Positions 53,364 through 63,820 of a stretch of DNA of 64,000 bases are shown here, one piece after another. Each line of letters opens with the position of its first letter. The first letter of the stretch is position 1. The position numbers and the translations under genes are program-made. The stretch covers positions 38,169 through 102,168 of the forward strand of contig JAUCBJ010006976.1 in NCBI GenBank assembly GCA_032718475.1, in the 5' to 3' direction. The stretch comes from Nemertoderma westbladi. Its lineage: Eukaryota > Animalia > Xenacoelomorpha. The notes beneath the pieces are model-generated. The model made no database searches. It was not told the DNA's origin and saw only the letters and a list, made by a program, of their open reading frames with translations.

Positions 53364-53900
53364 TTAGTTCGTTCCACTTGACTTTGGGAACCACCTCAAC
53401 TCTTTCCCTCTGTCGTCCTCCTCCCTTGGTCGTTTCTTGGCCGCTGCCGCTCCCTTGACTTTATCTCCCTTCAGACCTCTGACCCTCGCTGTCACCTCTT
53501 TACTAATCCCGGTCGTCGACTCCTTGGGCACTGGTGTTATGAGCTCCCGGTATCGTTTCGCTGGTGGCCCCTCCGAGTGGCCCTGTTGTCTCCCCCTGGT
53601 GGCGTCCCATAGGATCACTTTCATCGCCCGCGGCACATGCTCCGCCAAGAAATCTCTGAACTCCCCCCGGTTCTGTGGCGTCCACCTGTCCAGATACCTC
53701 TGCGTATTTATCACTCCGGCATACGACGCCGCCGTTGCTACCTCCTGGTAGGTAAATGGAAGTCTTCGCTTGATAATCTCCAGGTGGGCCTCCTGATTAA
53801 TATTGAAGAAACCCCACCGGAACTCCTGGGCCTTCATACGTTGCCGTGTCATGGCACCGACGTCGGCCCACTCCTCGAAGATTCTAAACTTCCATCCAGT
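53364..53900 (-). pseudogene. Extra ORF, C-terminal segment (frameshifted relative to the zinc-knuckle segment)
   Basis: WKFRIFEEWADVGAMTRQRMKAQEFRWGFFNINQE...AAKKRPREED; protein-like composition starts exactly where the knuckle frame stops (53884); basic NLS-like tail. Confidence 0.55.
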
Positions 53901-54699
53901 CCATCCAGTCGCACTGGCGTCCGTAGTGCCCCCGAAAGTTACACTTCGAACATCGGTTGTGCAACCGTGGACACGCCCCCATCCTGTAGCTCGACTCGTA
54001 GCAGTAGAGACAACTAGTCCCTTTCTGGAACCGGTACAGACAGCTCCTTTCCTGGTGGTTTTGCCTCCCACAGTAGTCACAGCCGAGCACCAATGTCTCC
54101 CGCCCCACATCGTCTTTCGTCCCAAGCGACCTCTGCGGTCTGTGGAGTCGCTGGTAAGCGAATATCTGGATGTTAGCGTCCCTGTCCACGTCGATCTCCT
54201 CGCCCCTCCCGGGCATCGTCTCCCCGAATACTACCCGTGGTGCCGTCCCCGGTTGCTCGCCCAACCTGATGGTGCTCCCCGCGAAATCCATCGCCGGCTC
54301 CTCATGCACCCAGGCCCGCTTGCCGGGTCTGTCCCAGAAGGCTCTCTCCCCACTGGCCATCACCACCCTCCCGCCAACCCAGTCCGTGTCCGAGTGGCCT
54401 ATCCTTGCGATGGGCAGCATCTCTCCGAACTCGTCGTCATCCTCTTCCTCCTCTGGGAGTGGCTCCAACCCCGGTATCCCGGTAGACCCACTGTGTCCCT
54501 TCCCACCTTGGCTCTCGCCCGTGGCTCTGCACCCCTCTAGCTCTCCTAGCCTCCTTAGCGGGTGATCGCGCTCAGCGCCCGCTGGTATGGGCGTCGCCTG
54601 CGATCCCGATGTCGACTGTTTCGGTGATCCCACTGTCCATCCTAGTTCTCGCCCTAGAGACTCCCCCGAACTCACTGACGACGTCCAACGAAGTTCGTC
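53884..54699 (-). pseudogene. Extra ORF, middle segment: acidic linker and three CCHC-type zinc knuckles
   Basis: CDYCGRQNHQERSC, CLYCYESSYRMGAC (H replaced by Y) and CSKCNFRGHYGRQC fit C-x2-C-x4-H-x4-C. Same frame as 54700-56025, separated only by one TGA. Confidence 0.8.
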
Positions 54700-55929
54700 T
54701 CAGGCCGCCTGTTCCTCGAAGCCGTAGCTCTGTGCCCTAGCTTCCTCCTCCTTTTCTTCTGCCTCTCTCCTCTCCTGTCTAGCGATTTCTTCCAATCGCT
54801 TCGCTTCTCGTCTATCCGCCTCTAGCTGCTCCCATCTCTGATATGGCGTATCTACGTCCCTGTCTACCAGATGTTGGCAGTTATAGTACACCGACTTGCC
54901 CTTCAGCCCCGGGTGGTCTACCAGACCCTCGAAAGCCGTCTTGAAGGCTCTTCTGTAGCTCAGGGGTGACCCCGATAGCAGGAATGCCGTTGGTTCCTTC
55001 CCAATGATGACGGTCACGAATAGGTTCAGCAAACCCATCATTATCCAGTCCTCCTGCAGGATATATCGCTTCTGATATACCTTTATCGCTCTTCTCCGGA
55101 ATTGATACACCTCTTGTTTCCCTGGCCTCGCTCCCCACTTCAGCGAGTTTGCTAACTCTGCTCCGTACTCTTCTCTGAACTTCCCCCAGTCCATTGGTTT
55201 GTGACACACGAGCCCCAATAGCTGGCCCATCGCCACCGCTCCACAATGTCCTGCGTTCTCCACTAGTCCCAACCCGTCTGGTGCTGTCATTGCCATGAAG
55301 ACCGTCTGCATATCCAGAAGGTTGGGGGTGTCCGGACCGATGATTCTCTCCGCATCGTCGCGAATCGCCGATCCCACTTTCGTCGTCGACTTCTCTCTCA
55401 CTAGGACTTGCACCACCTTCGGAAACCGGTTCAACTTTGGCCCGTCCTTCTTCCCATACGTTCCCAGGTCGAATAGGAAAATGTCCCCATTTGGCGCGGC
55501 CAAATGTAGGAGTATGGTCCTGGCCGATCCCGCCGATCCTCTCCTCAAACCCTCCTCGTCTTCCACGGTTCCTTCGTCGTCTAGGATCATGTATCCTTCC
55601 CTGCTGACGGACTCTACGAACCTCTTCCAATCTTTCCTCGGTGGCTCTCTCGCGTACTTCGGAATCCCGAACTTCACTTCGTCTCCTTTCACCACGTAGT
55701 GGAAATGCTCGAAGATCACATTGTCCAGCGACGGCGTCCCGTAGGTCCCGACCAGCCGCTGTTCGTGCACTTCCCTGAAATGGTCTTGTAGCGCTCGCGC
55801 CCCGTGACCTCTCTCCAACCGCTCGTAGTATCCCCTTGTCTTCTCTTCCGGATGCCTCTTGGTGAAATCCACCAGTATCTCCTTTCCTCCTGACTCCGCC
55901 TTTCTCTTCCTGATCAGTTTCCCCGCCAT
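54700..55929 (-). CDS. Extra ORF, N-terminal segment: DEDDy (DnaQ-fold, WRN/EXD/Mut-7-like) 3'-5' exonuclease plus charged coiled coil
   Basis: First ATG at 55929. ExoI YMILDDEG, ILLHLAAPNGDIFLFDL, FPKVVQVLVREKSTTKVGSAIRDD (cf. LPxxLxxLLEDxxIxKVGxxIxxD), NLLDMQ, GAVAMGQLLGLVCHKP and ExoIII-like YQKRYILQED occur in the canonical order. Confidence 0.72.
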   Translation of the reverse strand: MAGKLIRKRKAESGGKEILVDFTKRHPEEKTRGYYERLERGHGARALQDHFREVHEQRLVGTYGTPSLDNVIFEHFHYVVKGDEVKFGIPKYAREPPRKDWKRFVESVSREGYMILDDEGTVEDEEGLRRGSAGSARTILLHLAAPNGDIFLFDLGTYGKKDGPKLNRFPKVVQVLVREKSTTKVGSAIRDDAERIIGPDTPNLLDMQTVFMAMTAPDGLGLVENAGHCGAVAMGQLLGLVCHKPMDWGKFREEYGAELANSLKWGARPGKQEVYQFRRRAIKVYQKRYILQEDWIMMGLLNLFVTVIIGKEPTAFLLSGSPLSYRRAFKTAFEGLVDHPGLKGKSVYYNCQHLVDRDVDTPYQRWEQLEADRREAKRLEEIARQERREAEEKEEEARAQSYGFEEQAA

Positions 55930-56427
55930 TTCGAACTCTCTCACTCGCTCACCTGTAAGGTGGTGCCTTGCCAAGGCGCAGTACAGATGAGTGATAAGAT
56001 TAGGATGGTCTGTACAGTTCGACAATGGCCTATCCCTTACTTAATTCTGAGTTATAGCCTAAATTTTACTACTTAATTTCTGAAGCTACCAAATTGTACC
56101 TTAAATTGCAATTTTGTCCGTTACTTTAATTATGTTCCAGAATTTTCTTACTACTGTTACCATAATTTGTTAATTTTCTAGCCCTATTCTATTTTTAATA
56201 TTTTAATTTAATTCAATCCTACTACTGTACTACTACTTACTATTGCCAGCGGATTACTCTATTTCATAATCCACATTCTGGCCTACTCTGTGGGTTTGTG
56301 CAGTACAACAGTATACGTCGCGTGGCCTACACGATTTATCCAGCTGTACCCATATGCCCCCCTCTCGCTACTCACTACTAACTAATATCTATATTATACA
56401 TACCCTTCTACCTCTTACTCTTACTAG

Positions 56428-56972
56428 CCGGTACTACGTACCCTCTTACTAACTTCTAACTAATTCTTACTCCTACTAACCGGTACTACGTACCCTCTTA
56501 CTAACCTCTAACTCTCTTACTAATCGGTACTACGTACCCTCTTACTAACCTCTAACTCTCTTTAACTAACTAACCGTACTATGTACCCTCTTACTAACCT
56601 CTAACTCTCTCTAACTAACTAATGGTACTATGTACCCTCTTACTAACCTCTAACTCTCTCTAACTAATCGGTACTTCGTACCCTCTTACTAACCTCTAAC
56701 TCTCTATAACTAACTAACTAACGGTACTACGTACCCTCTTACTAACCTCTAACTCTCTCTAACTAACTAACGGTACTACGTACCCTCTTACTAACCTCTA
56801 ACTCTCTCTAACTAACTAACGGTACTACGTACCCTCTTACTAACCTTTAACTCTCTCTAACTAATCGGTACTACGTACCCTCTTACTAACCTCTAACTCT
56901 CTGCCTAACGGTACTACGTACCTTCTAACTACTAACTAACTAACGGTACTACGTACCTTCTAACTAACTAAC
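56428..56972. repeat. ~40-52-bp tandem repeat (~12 copies) between pol and the extra ORF
   Basis: Unit GGTACTACGTACCCTCTTACTAACCTCTAACTCTCT(CTAA)n; each starts with the hairpin GGTAC-TAC-GTACC. Confidence 0.92.
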
Positions 56973-57047
56973 TTCCATCTGCCTACTTACTCTTTCTTTA
57001 TTTTATTATTTTTTTATTTTATGTGTGGGAAGGGCGTCTCGCCCTCA

Positions 57048-57060
57048 ATCCCACCCCCCT
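57048..57060 (-). promoter_or_regulatory. Candidate polypurine tract 1 (followed by TG at 57047)
   Basis: Minus strand AGGGGGTGGGAT|TGAGGGCG, about 35 nt after the pol stop, the usual BEL/Pao PPT position. Confidence 0.45.
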
Positions 57061-57094
57061 CAGTCCAAAACTTGGACGACTAAACTCTACTCTA

Positions 57095-60000
57095 CTAAGG
57101 TGCTCCCTCTAAGAGGCAGCACTTACCTACAGCCCTCCTGTAGGTCTTCCTATCTTTTGCCCCTATCTTGCCACCTATCCGCACTTCTACCGATCGGACT
57201 CTTCCGTCCTCATCGGAATGAGTGCCCACAACTCTCGCCAACAGCCATTGGTTGTTAATGATGGTATCGTCCGTGACGATCACCAGATCACCCTCCTTTA
57301 GCTCTCTATTTGTGTTCCTCCACTTACTTCTTCTATGTAGCGTGGGCAGATATTCCTCGACCCACCTCCTCCAGTACTCTGCGCTTATCGCCTTAGCGAC
57401 TTTCCAACTCTGTCGGGAGTGTATATCGTCTGGGTCTACACCCCGCATGTCGATTGTCGCTGGCCTTTCCATTAGAAAGTGACTGGGCGTCAGCACGTCT
57501 AATGACTCAGGGTCATCATTTTCTGGATATAGCGGTCTGCTATTAATGATATTCCCTCACACTTCGCTAGTACTGTCCTTAGTACGTCCTCCGTAACCAT
57601 GTGGGTGTTCATCAACTTCGTCATCAGACACTTCGAACTACCCACGAGTCTCTCGACGCATCCTAGGGTATGTGGAGCATACGGCGTCCTCCTCTCCCAC
57701 TTCACTTGTCGTCTTCTCATGGCTGCCCTGACTTCCTCCCCTTCCAGGATATCCAAGGCCTCTGCCATCTCGTTCTCCGCCCCCACAAAGTTGGTCCCGC
57801 TGTCAGAATATATTACTGCGATCGTCCCACCTTTGCGGTCTCTAATCCTTTCTAGAGCATTCATGAATGCCGATGCGGTTGCATCTTGGGCGAGTTCTAT
57901 CCCTACAGCCCGCGTGTTGTTACACACGAATATAATACCGTAGCGTTTCTCCGTGTGTCGCATCACCTTAATCTTTATTGGCCCGAACATATCCACACCG
58001 CAATGCGTAAATGGCGGGTCATGTTGTCTTACCCTACTCGCCGGTAGTGGTGCCATCTCCTGTATGGCTCGCTCCTTCTTCACTCGTCGGCAGGTCTGGC
58101 ACTGCCCCACTACCGCCTTTACCTTCTTCCTCAACTGTTTGACCCAAAAGGTCCTCCGTATCTCCGTGAGGGTTTGGTTGGTGCCCCCGTGCAATATCGA
58201 CTTATGGGAGTCCCCGATAATCTGTTGGACTATCGGCGATCCAGTAGGTATGATGATAGGCTTTGGCGGTATTACAATACTGTTGTTGTTCAATACCCTA
58301 GAGTTCATTACTAGAATCCCGTCATCATTAAGTTGTGGTGACAGCGCGATCAGCTCGCTGTCTCGTCGGAGATGCTGTTGTTTACCGACGCGTTCCACCT
58401 CGTCGTCGTGGTTCTTCTTCTGCTCGTAGCGGATGACTGCTTTGGCCGCTCCCTCCAGATCGATGGTTCTTCTAACTTTTACGTCTTTGTCGACTCCCTT
58501 GAGGAAATCCCCGAAGGCTCTCCAGTACGCCACTAACTTCTTGGTCTTGTACCAACTGGAGCTGTAGCTAAGGAGTTTATCCGTCGGGTTATCGCACAGT
58601 TCTCCCGGTTTTGGTTGCACGTCCCTTATCTCCCTCACCATTTGGCTATATATCTCTTCTCCCTCTGAATCTCCCTCTTCTTCTTCTAACGCTACTTCTC
58701 CTGAGCCCGGGTCCACCTTTCTCATCGGCGGCCAGGCCTCCTTATCGTTCAGAAACTGCGGCCCGTGTTGCCACAATACTTCCTTCTTCAAGAAAGTGTG
58801 GCGTGCCATGCCCCTCGATAACAAGTCTGCTGGGTTCTCTTCCGTTGGGCAGTAGTGCCACCTTTTTAGCTCAGTGGTCGCCCTTATTTCATCCACCCTA
58901 TTTGCGACGAATATAGGGTATCTCGTCCTCTCGTTATGTAGCCAACCAAGCACTACCATGGAATCTGTCCAGTAGTGTGTTTCCACTATGTTGGGAATAG
59001 CGTCCATTAAGTAGGCTGTGGCCCTAACTCCTAGCCTCGCAGCTGTCAATTCGAGTTTCGGGACCGATGCTGAATCTGGTGGCGTCGACTTTGCCTTGCT
59101 GAAGGCGAGTCTGGGCTTGTGAGCCCCCTCTCGTTGTACTAAATAGAGTGCCGCTCCGTATGCCTCTAATGACGCATCGGAGAAAATGTGTAGATCCAGA
59201 TTTGTCATGTCCCCATCCGGGAAATACACTCGTGGCATGCTGTATTTTCCCATTTGCTCTAAACTCTCTGTCCATTTACACCACTGCTTCCTGATCTCTT
59301 CTGGCACCTCTGCGTCCCAATCCTCCTTCAATTTGTATACTCTCTTGAGTATCTGTTTCCCCATGACTAGTAATGGGGATGCTAGGCCTAGGGGATCGTA
59401 TATCCTTGCTATGTACGACACATAGCCCCTTTTTGTGTGGATGTCTGCGCCCTCCTGGCTTAATTGGTACTTCAGCTCATCTGTTTCTCTGTCCCACACG
59501 ATCCCCAGTGCCTTCTGTTGGGACTCTATTCTCCTGCTCGCCATGTCCTGTCCCTTAGCTGTCGTGGGATTATCCATGGTCGATTCTGGTCTCTTGTCCT
59601 TTATGGCCTTGATAAATTCCTCTGAACTGGATTGGAATTTGGTTAGGTTAAAGCCGGATCCCTTAAGGATGTCGCGAACCTCACGCCCTGTGTCCAGTAA
59701 TTCCTTAACCGTGTTTCCAGACTCCATCCCGTTGTCCACATAGAAGCCGCGTCGAATCATATCGACGGCCCTAGCGCTGTATTTACCTTCCTCTCCCTTT
59801 ACTGTGTCTCTTACGGCCATAGTCGTCGTGAACGAAGACGACTTGGCTCCCATATTCTGTACTATCATCTTGTACATCGGTATTGTCGACGGTTCCTCGT
59901 CGCCGTTGTACCATAAGAAGCGTTGGCTGTCGCTATCCTCTTCCGTCACACGGACTTGGTTGAACATGCCTTCTATGTCACAGGTGAAGGCGTGTTTCCC

Positions 60001-60690
60001 GTTCCTGAATCTAAGTAGGACCTCGATCCCTGAGTTGTAGATTTTGGGAGTCTCCAGCAGATAATCGTTTAGGCATTTGCTGTTGGTTTTAGCCGATGCG
60101 TCAACTACCATCCACAGTTTACCTTTCTTCGGGTCTAGAGCCACGTGGAGTGGCAGGTAATAGGTCATGTCCGTGTTTGGTTCGTCGACCGGTAGTTCTA
60201 CGGCCCATCCTTTCTTGACGTACTTCTTAATCGTCCTGTGGATGTACTCATTCTTCTCGGGGCTCCGTTTTAGTGTCTGCTTCAACTTACGAAGCCTCGT
60301 GAGTACCATCCCTCTATTGTTGGGTAGCGGTAGCTTTGGTAGCTTCCATACCATCCCTATGGTATACCGCCCCTCATCGCATGTCATCGACTCCTTTACG
60401 CTCTGTAGAGCCTGCTTGTCTTCTACCGAGGTTCCGACCCCGGTCTCTTTTAATCCCTCAAAATCCTGCCTGAGCAGTCTCCTGAGCTGCTCCTCCGCTC
60501 CCTCATCCTCCATCTCTCGCATAGTTCCTGCGAACATGCAGCCTGATGTCTCCAACATCCTAAATGGTATTTTACTCTTAATTGGGCCACTCAGCGTCCA
60601 CCCGAATGGTGTTAATATCGCCACCGGGTCACACTGCCTGTCTTCGCCGAAGACCGTTTGCATTCTCTCGTGGGCCGTTGGGCAGTCCAT
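57095..60690 (-). pseudogene. BEL/Pao pol (RT, RNase H, integrase, DUF5641-like tail) with one frameshift near 57550
   Basis: YYLPLH, CLNDYL, CDIEGMFNQV, FYVDN; YDPLG, LHIFSDAS, LELTAA, WTDS, NPADLLSRG; H..LHGG...CQTC, GVDMFGP, YSDSGTNFVGA, ERLV. A 2-nt excess in GGAATATCATTAAT breaks EGIINSRPL; then LTPSHFL...WRRWVEEYLPTL...GDLVIV...DGRVRSVEV. Confidence 0.95.
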
Positions 60691-63261
60691 TCATACTATG
60701 ATGGATACCTTCCTAACGTCCACCTCTGGGATTGAGAAGTCGATACTGTCCAGGAATCTATATTGTTCGACCTCGATGTTGGTTGGCCGCCTGGCATTGA
60801 TATTTATCGACTCAATCACCTGGATGGGGTCGATGGTCGCCCCATAGTCGCATCCCGGTGCCACCGCTGCTATCGCGCACCGTCCGGTCCTCATCTCCAG
60901 GACCTCATCTTTGCTAGAGATGGTTGTTACTGCCATTCTACTTGGCCTCGTTCTCAATCCTATCTCTTCGGCCACGCAATCCTCAACTAAGGTGAAGGCT
61001 GCACCACTGTCGACCAGCATCAGTGTGGTCACTGATCGATTGCCTTCTCCGATCACTCGCACTGGTACTACCCCAAGTAGTACCGTTCCTCTCTTCTTTG
61101 CTCCCACGGTGCTTGTTGCCATTGTCTGACCTTTATTTTGACCGAACTTGATTGGCATTTCCTTGCATTGGTTAGCCCTATGTCCACTCATCACACATTG
61201 CGAACAGATTTCATTTCTCCTCACGTATTCTACCTGATCTTCTCTGGGTAGCGCCTGCCAGTACCTGCAGTTCATGGTCTGATGAAGTGCATTTGTATGT
61301 AATTGGCATTTGCTCTTTGGGTTGTAGCCATCCTTATAAAGTGCGTTGCATATCGCACTTATATTTGTACCAAAGTCCCTACTATTCTTATTGTTTGGGT
61401 TCGGCCTACTGGGCGTGATGGGGTTATGTTTATTTGTGTTGCTATTTTTCCCCTGTCCGCTCCATGATGTGGTCTTACCCCCGGCTACTTGTGGACTAGC
61501 AGTCCCCTGCATTGCTGCGTACGGCAGTGACTGTCTGAGCTTTGGCAATGCGCTCGACGCGTTGTGCTCTGGTTTCGGCCTGTGGTAATCGGTCTTGGGT
61601 CCCTTTCCCAGGCTATCCTCGCTATAGACTGGGTCCGTTATTAGTTCAGCTTCATAATTTAAGAAGCTCGACATCTCTTCTAAACCCGGTTCCGCGCCCT
61701 TCTTATCTCGAGTGGTGAAAGCGATTTTTCTCCACTTATTGCGCAGCCAAATCGGTAGTGCCTGCGCTATCGTAGTGATGTTGTTAGACGCGTTGAGTTC
61801 GTATGGCGCGTCCAGTGTCTTTAGTACGATTAGCGCCTTTTCGACTTTGTTAGCGAATGTCTTTATGCTAACGGGGTTATCCTGTAGGCCACCCGATGTT
61901 ATGCCTCTCAGGGTTTGCCGGATGATCTTGGCCGGGTGCCCGTATTCCCTGTCTAACGCCCGCCATGCCGTCGTGAAGCCACCCTCTATGCCCTGGTATT
62001 GCCTCACGATGTCGTATGCTGGGCCTCCTGTATACGCTTGTAGATACTTTAGGCACTCCGCCTGCGTCAAATTCTTTGTTAATATTTCATTACTATCATT
62101 GCGCCGAAACTGTAGGTATTCTTCCGGCCTACTTCCATCGAATTTGAATGGTTCCACGGGTGGTAGCTCGATCCTGGTTTTTAAGGCATCGATTAATGTA
62201 GCCATTCCCATTGCTTGTGCCTCCAATGGATTCGATGGATGCTGTATAATTTCTCCTGTTGGGTGCGGTCCGTTCGTCCTATTTGCTGTCTTCCTTTGCG
62301 TCGGATATATCATCAGGGGTAGCGGCCCCCTCCATATTTCGGTGTCGCATGATCTATTCTCGTCCAAGGGGTCCGTTGTTCTTGCTCCTACTGGGGTATA
62401 TTGTTGATATTGTGATGGGGGAATGTCACCCTGCCCCCCCCCCCCCCCCCCCCCACCGGTATGTTTGGTACTGGGGTTGATGTTAATATATTGGGGCCCA
62501 TGCACCTATCCGCAATAATTCCCCCCTCCCCTGGGTATATGTTATGTCCTTGCATGCTGTAGTCATACTGCTGTGCTGGTACCGGTATAGGCCTATCAAC
62601 TTCTGGCCTACCTGCCGGTATGTACTCCGCGACTTCCGGGTTTAATCCCGTCGTCCGCGCTATCCTATTGCCTACATTATCTCTCCCAGCATGGCCTATA
62701 GTATGTGCAGTAAGGCCTACAGTATGTCCTGCAGTCTGTATGTGTCGTTCGGGATCGAAGTTTAATCTTCTCGAATAGTCCTCCTCGCGGCTACCGTATT
62801 CTCGATCGGTAGGTAGATCCCGCCGGGAAGTTTCTCTTCGACCCCCTCTACTAATCTCTTCCTCGTACCGGTACATCGCGTATCCCTCTCTCGGCGCGTA
62901 GTGCGCCTTGTCAGGTCGTGTTTCTCCAGGACGACGGCAATCTCCCGAAGTTTGACCCCACTGACTCTCCGTTTCCACCTCGACTACCAACGGCTCGCTA
63001 TCCGTCCTCTCCCTCCTGTCGTTCGCGACGACACTTCTTCTACTTTCTTCTCTTCTTCTCTCTCCAGTGTAGTATTCTCGCTCGTGAGATCTCTCATCGA
63101 CCTCCCGGTTAAACTCCACTGTTCTTCTTCCCTCTTCTGATCGGGCTCGATGCTTCGTCCGCCCTCTCGCAACGTCAACCTGTCTCTCTCTGCTCGATCG
63201 CACGCCGCTGGGGATACTCGCAATCCCCCTATTACTCTCCGTCGCTGGGTGTTGCGGTTTA

Positions 63262-63598
63262 TAACACTATATAACATTGGAGGTGTCCCATTGGTTCCCC
63301 CAAGCTTGACACTAGAACAAAATCGCCTCCGCTTTGCAGGACATTGCTTTCGCCATGAGGACCAGCCAGTGCATAATCTTGTACTTTGGCAGCCTCATGG
63401 AGTGAATAAGCATGGTGGACAGCCCATGACTTTCTTGAGACGCATCTTAAAGGACACTGGCCTTGGAGATGCGGATGATCCAGCAAATGTCATGGGTGAT
63501 AGGGAGTTGTGGCGGTGCAATTTTGTTGACAAGCCGGCACAGCATTCTTAAAAATGCAGCTGCAATGCAGCATGCCGATCCTAGTAGTAGTAGTAGTA
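63262..63598 (+). mobile_element. 5'-truncated RTE-clade LINE nested in the BEL/Pao gag
   Basis: RLRFAGHCFRHEDQPVHNLVLWQP...KDTG...MGDRELWR; (TAG)6 tail; 11-bp TSD GTTGCGGTTTA at 63251-63261 and 63599-63609. Confidence 0.93.
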
Positions 63599-63820
63599 GT
63601 TGCGGTTTACCTAATTCGGCCCGCGCATTATCCGTCGACGCCCCCCCCCCCCCTCTCGCCGCTAACTTCTTGTTGTGGGGCTCCTGTAGCCCCCCCCCCC
63701 CCCCCCACTCACCACCTATCACTCCATTACCTCTTACTTCACTTCTACACTCCTCTCGAGTCGACGCACTATCTCTATTGCGGCTGGGTCTATTCACCCC
63801 CGCCTCTCTCTCTACAACTG

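Noticed and set aside
59730-59745. RT motif YVDN as an inactivating mutation
   Set aside because: YVDN is a known natural variant in BEL/Pao reverse transcriptases.
62434-62455. Programmed frameshift at the poly-G run in gag
   Set aside because: A homopolymer of over 20 nt is more simply explained by slippage or sequencing error; no standard slippery heptamer plus structure seen.
53437-63140. Plus-strand ORFs overlapping the BEL/Pao element
   Set aside because: Antisense shadows of the long minus-strand frames; no recognisable motifs.
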